The position numbers and the translations under genes were made by a program. Below the pieces are notes generated by a model. It saw nothing but the letters and a program-made list of their open reading frames with translations. It was not told the origin of the DNA and ran no database searches. Shown one piece after another: positions 26,221 to 32,000 of a stretch of DNA of 32,000 nucleotides (its first letter is position 1; the number at the start of each line of letters is the position of its first letter). The DNA comes from Nostoc punctiforme PCC 73102 (GTDB lineage: Bacteria; Cyanobacteriota; Cyanobacteriia; Cyanobacteriales; Nostocaceae). Location of the stretch: positions 3,840,001 through 3,872,000 of the forward strand of contig NC_010628.1 of the NCBI RefSeq assembly GCF_000020025.1. Direction: 5' to 3'.

Positions 26221-26240
26221 GAGATACTTTCAATTATCTC
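26221..26240. promoter_or_regulatory. Palindrome GAGATA-N8-TATCTC upstream of the mini-ORF
   Basis: Perfect 6-bp arms, located 22-41 nt upstream (minus strand) of the ATG at 26199. Confidence 0.2.
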
Positions 26241-26288
26241 TCACAAAATCGCCTGTCTGGTAGAATGGAGTGTTAACGATAAAATAAC

Positions 26289-26831
26289 TCAACGTCCAAA
26301 AATTAAAGCATCGAGCGAATAAGCACCAGGGACTAAAACCGCGATCGCAATTAGCATAACGCAATACATAAAAGCCTTTTCCCAACTTGGCGGTTCACCT
26401 TGTCCTAAAGCACCTTGATACTGTTCTGGAGGAATTAAGTATGGATCTTGAGCTACAAAAGGCTTACTTCCAGTGATGTGCAAATATATCGCAAAAATCA
26501 TTGAGCAGAGAATGGGCAATGTCGCTAAGAGGGTGAGGAATCCAATTATCAGAAAAATTCCGCCACCTAACATCGATGCACCTGATAAAAAGCAAAGAAA
26601 TACAGGCATTTTTAGAGACTCAGCCCACTGTCGAAGATGCGTTATCTTGGGATAGCCGTGTAGTATAAATAACCAGCCAAGGCTAACTCTGAGAAGTAAA
26701 AGTGCCAATCCTGGGAATCCGTCAGGATACACCGGAGAAAGCGAACTTAACAAGTGTGGACTTAACTGTGGGAAATTAAATGCAGCTAGGAAAAAAGCGA
26801 TCGCTACACCCAACCCAAATTGATAAATCAT
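26289..26831 (-). CDS. DoxX-family membrane protein
   Basis: 180 aa with 4 TM helices. LLLLRVSLGWLFILHGYPK is the DoxX signature. Its ATG overlaps the reconstructed TGA of the upstream gene (ATGA). Confidence 0.75.
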   Translation of the reverse strand: MIYQFGLGVAIAFFLAAFNFPQLSPHLLSSLSPVYPDGFPGLALLLLRVSLGWLFILHGYPKITHLRQWAESLKMPVFLCFLSGASMLGGGIFLIIGFLTLLATLPILCSMIFAIYLHITGSKPFVAQDPYLIPPEQYQGALGQGEPPSWEKAFMYCVMLIAIAVLVPGAYSLDALIFGR

Positions 26832-27732
26832 AGCTGTACACCACGGGTATTAAGGTTGATAACATATAACGAATGATCGGCTGTGATAAATAGCGATCGC
26901 CTTCTTTACCACCGAAAGTCAGGTTAGCTGATGTCTCCGGTACAAAAATTTTTCCTAAGCGAGTTCCGTCGGGGGCGTATATCTGCACGCTATCTTGAGA
27001 GCTAGTAAAAACATTGCCATATTCGTCAACCCGCAGTCCATCCGGTTGTCCTGGCTCAATGACTGCAAATACACGCCCATTCTTTACATAGCCATCGCCT
27101 ACAACCTCATAGACACGAATATGATGAGGCCCCCCAGGAATATTAAACGCAGCTGTATCTGAAACATACAGCATACTTTCGTTTGGACTGAAAGCCAACC
27201 CATTAGGGCGCACCATATCTGTTACTACAGGATAAATCTCACCTGTTGCCGGATCAAAGCGATAGACGTAACTTCCGGGTTGTTCCTGTTCGCCGCCATA
27301 ACCTTGGTTTGGCTCGGTAATCCCATAAGGCGGATCGGTGAACCAAATTGTACCGTCGCTTTTGACAACCAAATCATTTGGACTGTTCAGGCGTTTACCT
27401 TGGTCGCGATCGACTAAAACCTTCCATTCACCATCATGTTCGCGTCGGATAATAGCACGCAAACCAGATGAACACGCAACTAGACGACCCTCTAAGTCTC
27501 GGTAATTACCGCTTTGGTAATCAGATGGATCTCGTAGGACAGTCACATTGTCAGTGGCACTCCACCGCAACAGGCGGTTGCCGTGAGCATCGCTCCACAC
27601 AACGCTATCATCTTCGTGGAAGTAAACAGGCCCCTCACTATGGACTGCACCGTTGGCAAGCTTTTGAAGTGAGGCTCCTGGGCGTACAATAGCACGCAGG
27701 CGATCGTCATAAATCTCAATAGCTTCAGGCAT
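26828..27732 (-). pseudogene. SMP-30/gluconolactonase/LRE-like lactonase with a -1 frameshift 23 codons before the end
   Basis: Six-bladed propeller motifs (EGPVY, SPNDLVV, RPNGLAFSP, PDGLRVD). After FGGKEGDR the track frame gives YLSQPIIRYML... The neighbouring frame gives LFITADHSLYVINLNTRGVQL*, ending at 26828-26830. Confidence 0.8.
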
Positions 27733-28330
27733 AGAAATCTCCTGTTATTTAACTTGGCTACTGACGATAAATAGCAGGTCTAAATTAATACTAAAATTCT
27801 GTGGGTGTATATTTAACATCGTGTAACAAACTGAGTGTAGAATTTCTAGCTATTTTCATCAGTTACTAAATACAACATTGAAATTATTTATTATAAAGCA
27901 AATTCTATTTTATGGGTCTCAAATAACATTGAACCATAGATATAGATTGCACCAAAAAACTATTTTTTCAAAATAATTATTTGTATTTAAAATTAAACAT
28001 TTTTAATACAATCGAATTAATAGCTTGATCAAAGATGCCAAGCGAAATTTATTTACTATTTTTGTAAACCGATTATATGGCTAATTCACACAATAGAAAT
28101 AAAAAATGAAATCAAAATGAAATACTAACCTATATTTAGGCATAAATAAATATTAATCCATTAGAGAGAAGCAATATTGTAATTAAAGCTTTAGTCTAAG
28201 CATAAGAATATGTCTTTAGAGCTATTTAAATTTTGATAAAACTTATAAATTAACTTAAAATATTGCCAAATTAATTTGTGAAATTCAAGAAATTAAACCG
28301 TAATTAATATGAAATTACCAATTATCAATT

Positions 28331-28582
28331 ATGACTAGCATCACAGAACATTACGACATCATTATTATCGGTACAGGAGCAGGTGGAGGTACATTAGCCC
28401 ACCGCCTTGCACCCATAGGTAAAAAAATTCTAGTAGCCGTTTCTACATCCTTAAGCTTTGCTTTAAAAGCTGGCAATGAAAACAACTTAGTTGTGTTTGG
28501 TCTAGCTGTGGGCATCACTGCCCTGTTGGTTGGACTAGAACGCTTTGCTCTGTGGCTTCTGGTACACCTGAGCAAGAACTAG
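28331..28582 (+). pseudogene. Remnant of a GMC/FAD-dependent oxidoreductase (first ~34 codons only) fused to unrelated sequence
   Basis: MTSITEHYDIIIIGTGAGGGTLAHRLAPIGKKIL is a Rossmann FAD-binding N-terminus (GxGxxG). The rest of the 83-aa ORF is hydrophobic and unrelated. Such enzymes are normally over 500 aa. Confidence 0.6.
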
Positions 28583-28618
28583 TTTCATGCTGATTATAGT
28601 TTCAAGGAGAAACAGATT

Positions 28619-28975
28619 ATGAACGAAGAACACTCTACTTCTAACCAAGAAAATGAAAATCAAACGCCCCCAAATACTCATCCTATTGCAACAGGATTGG
28701 GAGCAGCCGGAGGCGGAATTGCCGGAGCCGCACTAGGCCGCTCAATTGGTGGTAAGGTAGGTGCGGCGATTGGCGGGGTTGCAGGTGCGATCGCACTTGG
28801 AGTTGCAGCCAATGAACTGGCAGGATACACCGAGCAATTCATTGAAGAACTCCAGCCGACAGTAGGCTTAGGATTAGGAGCAGATCACAAACCAATTGAA
28901 CTACCCTCTCACTATTCTTGGGAAGAATTACAAGCACTATCAAAACCCCAAGGTGAAAAAATGCAAGCCACCTAA
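28619..28975 (+). CDS. Glycine-zipper small protein
   Basis: AAGGAG lies 9 nt upstream. The core is GLGAAGGGIAGAALGRSIGGKVGAAIGGVAGAIALGVAA, with polar N- and C-terminal tails. Confidence 0.65.
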   Translation: MNEEHSTSNQENENQTPPNTHPIATGLGAAGGGIAGAALGRSIGGKVGAAIGGVAGAIALGVAANELAGYTEQFIEELQPTVGLGLGADHKPIELPSHYSWEELQALSKPQGEKMQAT

Positions 28976-28987
28976 GCCAATAATTTT

Positions 28988-29015
28988 AATTACGAATTAC
29001 GAATTACGAATTAAT
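28988..29015. repeat. AATTACG heptamer array (3 perfect units plus 1 degenerate) abutting the ZIP start codon
   Basis: AATTACG AATTACG AATTACG AATTAAT, then C ATG (29017). Confidence 0.85.
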
Positions 29016-29016
29016 C

Positions 29017-29772
29017 ATGTTTCCACTTTGGTTAAAAGCAGGTTTTTGGGGTTTGGTGGGTGGTTCAGCGCTGCTACTGGGTTCCGCAGTAGGTTACTAC
29101 GCCAAGATTCCTCAACGGGTTATTGCTGCAATTATGGCTTTTGGTGCTGGTGTGCTAATTTCGGCACTAGCGTTTGAACTAATGGATGAAGCTTATAAGC
29201 GTGGTGGCTTTGACTCAACAGCGATCGGATTTGTAAGTGGTGCAGTTGTATATACAGCAGCAAACTGGTTTCTGTCCTATCAAGGTGCAAAGCACCGCAA
29301 ACGTTCAGGTGAACAGCAACCATCGGAAGAGGAAAATAGTGGGAGTGGGATGGCGATCGCAGTTGGTGCATTACTCGATGGTATTCCCGAATCTATTGTG
29401 ATTGGTGTGAGCATGATTGACGGTGGAGTTGTTAGTTGGGTAACTGTAGCGGCTGTTTTTCTCTCTAACGTTCCCGAAGGACTTTCTAGTGCTGCTGGGA
29501 TGAAAAAAGCAGGGCGTTCAACAGCTTACATCTTCGGTGTGTGGGGAGGAATTGCCATCATTTCTGGTATAGCAGCACTTTTAGGCTATGCTTTGTTCAG
29601 TCATTTTTCACAAGAAATCATTGCCGCCACTACTGCGATCGCCGCAGGTGCTATTTTGGCAATGATTACAGACACAATGATTCCAGAAGCTTTCGAGCAA
29701 GCCCATAATTTTGCTGGACTAATCGTCGTCTTTGGATTTCTTGCTGCTTTTGTCTTGAGTAAACTCGCTTGA
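29017..29772 (+). CDS. ZIP-family divalent metal transporter
   Basis: 251 aa and about 8 TM helices. LLDGIPESIVIG and LSNVPEGLSS are paired signature helices, separated by a cytoplasmic loop (HRKRSGEQQPSEEENSGSG). Confidence 0.75.
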   Translation: MFPLWLKAGFWGLVGGSALLLGSAVGYYAKIPQRVIAAIMAFGAGVLISALAFELMDEAYKRGGFDSTAIGFVSGAVVYTAANWFLSYQGAKHRKRSGEQQPSEEENSGSGMAIAVGALLDGIPESIVIGVSMIDGGVVSWVTVAAVFLSNVPEGLSSAAGMKKAGRSTAYIFGVWGGIAIISGIAALLGYALFSHFSQEIIAATTAIAAGAILAMITDTMIPEAFEQAHNFAGLIVVFGFLAAFVLSKLA

Positions 29773-30881
29773 AATTCCAACTTCAACCGTCTCTTGTAAA
29801 TTGTCTGTACAATCGCGCAATTAAGCTATTAAAAAATCAATCACAGAGGCGGCGAATCCAGTTAATTACTATATACGCTTATTGGATCGCTCAGGAAAAC
29901 TTTTTGCTAGTGGAGGCATGGAATTTGACAATTTACCGATTACCTCAAAATTACAGTATTGGCAAATCTTAACAGATTCTTCTGGCGCTCGATACCGCGA
30001 AATCATTTTGCCTTTGTATACTCAAAAACAAGTTTCGGGTTATCTACAAGTGGCGCGTAGTATCACTGATTTAGACCAACATCTGGCTTATTTAAGATTA
30101 GCTTTGGTGTTGGGATTACCAATTTCGATGATTTTCGTTGGTTTGTCTAGTTGGTGGTTAGCAGGAAGGGCAATGCAACCTGTATATCTTTCCTACTAAC
30201 AAATACAACAATTTACTGCTGATGCTGCCCATAAGTTTCGCACACCTTTAGCAGCAATGTACTCTACTATTGAAGCTGCTATCAAGTTACAGCAAGAACC
30301 AAAATCCAATGGTGGAATTTTAGATGTACTCAAACGCCAAAATCGGCGACTATCACAATTAGTAGGAGATTTGCTGTTATTAACGAGGATAGATCAAAAA
30401 CAACTAACAGGAGAATATCAGTCTTGCTGTTTGAATGATTTAATTAGCGACTTAATTGAGGAATTAGCATTTTTGGCTGTAGAAACTAAAGTAAATCTCT
30501 CTAAACAGGTGCAAGTCTCAGAAAAACTGTATGTGATGGGAAATGAAGAACAGCTTTATCGCTTAATTTCCAACTTAATTGCCAATGCAATTCAAGCTAC
30601 ATCTAGCGGTGGAAAAGTCACGGTTTTTTTTAGAAAAGAGTGAGCTTTACGCCATGATTAAAGTTGAAGATATAGGAATTGGTATTGCTGTTGAACATCA
30701 ACAGCGAATTTTTGATCGCTTCTACCGAGTAGATCGCGACCGCTTTCGTACCTCTGGCGGTTCGGGTTTAGGATTAGCCATCGCAATCGCGATCGCCAGA
30801 GCGCATAAAGGCAATATTCACGTTCAAAGTCAACCTGGGCTTGGTAGTACATTTACAGTTCAACTTCCTTTTTCATCGTGA
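29763..30881 (+). pseudogene. Two-component sensor histidine kinase, 5'-truncated with an in-frame stop and frameshifts
   Basis: Periplasmic/TM2 piece ...YIRLLDRSGKL...LVLGLPISMIFVGLSSWWLAGRAMQP. A TAA at 30197-30199 is followed in frame by QQFTADAAHKFRTPLAAM (H-box). The N-box is LISNLIANAIQAT. A T8 run at 30624-30631 shifts the frame before VEDIGIGI...GGSGLGLAIA. There is no TM1, no start codon and no partner regulator. Confidence 0.85.
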
Positions 30882-30992
30882 TTTCTGGAAAAAATGTTGC
30901 TATCTAGTGCATTATTTATCTTGATAACGATATTTTATGCTGAAGCTTTTGTTTAAAATCTAGAATCTAACATCATTTGATTTGGAGGAGTT

Positions 30993-31254
30993 TTGATAAA
31001 TAATATTCGCAATCGCTTTAGGGGTTTTAAGCGCAAAAGGTTGAACCATCACAACTAAAACAGTTGGTACATGAGTTATTGTCAGAGTCTAATCTCGACG
31101 CAACATATTTGATTGTGATTATTGGCTCATTTGCGTTAGCGTTCGCGCAGCGTTCCACAGGAAAGCTCCTCCGAAGGAGATCGCTACATTTGGTCTACTT
31201 GCCAATAGCACTGCTGTAATTATCGGCGCAATGATTATCGCACCTCTAATGTAG
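30993..31254 (+). pseudogene. DUF389-family membrane protein, N-terminal fragment, frameshifted and carrying a repeat insertion
   Basis: GGAGG plus a TTG start. The pieces read ...QLKQLVHELLSESNLDATYLIVIIGSF and, in another frame, IATFGLLANSTAVIIGAMIIAPLM* (the DUF389 signature GAMIIAPLM). A TAG at 31252-31254 ends it, whereas intact proteins are far longer. Confidence 0.6.
31133..31185. repeat. Small-dispersed-repeat-like element (reverse orientation) inside the DUF389 fragment
   Basis: The reverse complement AGCGATCTCCTTCGGAGGAGCTTTCCTGTGGAACGCTGCGCGAACGCTAACGC shares the AGCGAT.TC start and GCGAACG...ACGC end with the 14369-14425 copy. It has its own central hairpin, CTCC-TTCG-GAGG. Confidence 0.5.
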
Positions 31255-31431
31255 TCTTATCTAAACTAGGAGTTTTACCTAAAACAAATTCTAGTTTGTA
31301 GGCGAAAAAGCTAACAAAAATAACTAAAAATATACAGTATCCCAATAGTTCCCCATTTATTTTTTTGAGGCTCCACTTTCGGAGGATTGGAATCTATAGC
31401 GATACCTGGGTCAGTTTTCATAGTTTTGATG

Positions 31432-32000
31432 TCACGAATGAAACACTTTATCCGGTGCTGATTGAGTAAACCACTCCATAGCTCTTTCGGCGATCGCAGT
31501 AGGAACTGTATGGAATCCGTTGAAATCACGGTATTCTAGGTCATAGTCTGCTTGTTTTAACTGCTGCACAATCCGGCGACTGCACCGTTCAATCGGTAAC
31601 GCCGTATCGAACTTTCCATGAGAGATGAATACACGCGGTTTCCCGGATTGGCTAGCAGGAGCCATGAATCCGGGTGAAAAGGCAATAATGTGGTTAAACA
31701 GTTCGCCATTGGTAATGCCAACCGAAAGGGCGTAGGAAGCACCATCAGAGAAACCAGCGATCGCTACCTGGTTTGGAGCGATCGCATAATGACTGAAAGT
31801 TTGTGCTAGTGCCCGATCGATAAAGGCAATATCAGGGCCATAGCCACCCCGAATAATGTCCCAAGTTTGTTGGCGTGAGTCTACTGCCAACAGAATTGTC
31901 CCAAAGCGATTTGCCAGATGATGGAGGATTTTTAGCGCACCCTCCGCATCACCTCCGGCTCCATGCAATATCAACACCAGGGGAACGGGCTGATCTGCTT
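31432..32000 (-). CDS. Phospholipase/carboxylesterase-type alpha/beta hydrolase (5' end outside the window)
   Basis: LILHGAGGDAEG, the GFSDGASYAL nucleophile elbow, then D..LP and GFHTVP (catalytic Asp and His regions). The ORF is open to the window edge. Confidence 0.75.
   Translation of the reverse strand, partial: ADQPVPLVLILHGAGGDAEGALKILHHLANRFGTILLAVDSRQQTWDIIRGGYGPDIAFIDRALAQTFSHYAIAPNQVAIAGFSDGASYALSVGITNGELFNHIIAFSPGFMAPASQSGKPRVFISHGKFDTALPIERCSRRIVQQLKQADYDLEYRDFNGFHTVPTAIAERAMEWFTQSAPDKVFHS

Noticed and set aside
28896-29371. ORFs 28896..29177 (+) and 29132..29371 (-) overlapping the glycine-zipper and ZIP genes
   Set aside because: They are off-frame or antisense to better-supported genes, and the first reads through the AATTACG heptamer array.
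31311-31529. A 72-aa ORF overlapping the esterase 3' end, whose last 36 codons (MKTDPG...WGTIGILYIFSYFC) could be a small membrane protein
   Set aside because: The upstream half is off-frame overlap with the esterase. The 36-codon version lacks an RBS and I cannot show any conservation. It could still be real, but it is unsupported here.
1-32000. rRNA, tRNA, tmRNA or riboswitch candidates
   Set aside because: I saw no T-loop (GGTTCGAATCC-like) or other tRNA landmarks, no rRNA-like conserved blocks and no recognisable riboswitch cores in the intergenic regions. A covariance-model scan is still needed for certainty.

Overview
This window looks like chromosomal DNA from a filamentous, Nostocales-type cyanobacterium. 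By eye there are at least two dozen HIP1 palindromes (GCGATCGC), STRR1-type CCCCAGT heptamers, other heptamer tracts, Nostoc-style small dispersed repeats, and typical cyanobacterial families (DUF3611, DUF1400 hydrolase, PRC-barrel, four-helix-bundle protein). The layout is as follows. (1) 1-600: an IS4 transposase remnant next to a truncated DUF4336-like gene. (2) 660-4160: a beta-barrel OMP, a hybrid histidine kinase and a divergent CheY-like regulator. (3) 4650-9480: membrane, secreted and envelope proteins, including a tandem pair of internally duplicated paralogues. (4) 9621-13806: a DUF1400/alpha-beta-hydrolase gene broken twice, by a 2497-bp ISL3-family element that carries an intact four-helix-bundle gene and by a perfect 43-bp tandem duplication. 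(5) 13834-23895: a long minus-strand array of hydrolase, Na+/H+ antiporter, Zn-ADH, cupin, GH15 glucoamylase, two SDRs and a CDF transporter. (6) 24480-32000: VOC protein, an orphan all-alpha protein, DoxX, SMP-30 lactonase, glycine-zipper protein, ZIP transporter, a dead histidine kinase, a DUF389 fragment and a partial esterase. The main result is gene decay: at least ten loci carry nonsense, frameshift, truncation or insertion lesions, and several can be reconstructed to the nucleotide. I found no rRNA, tRNA or CRISPR array and no complete known defence system. The most system-like unknowns are the tandem paralogue pair and the orphan 212-aa protein with its overlapping mini-ORF. All family assignments rest on motif recognition by eye, not database searches.
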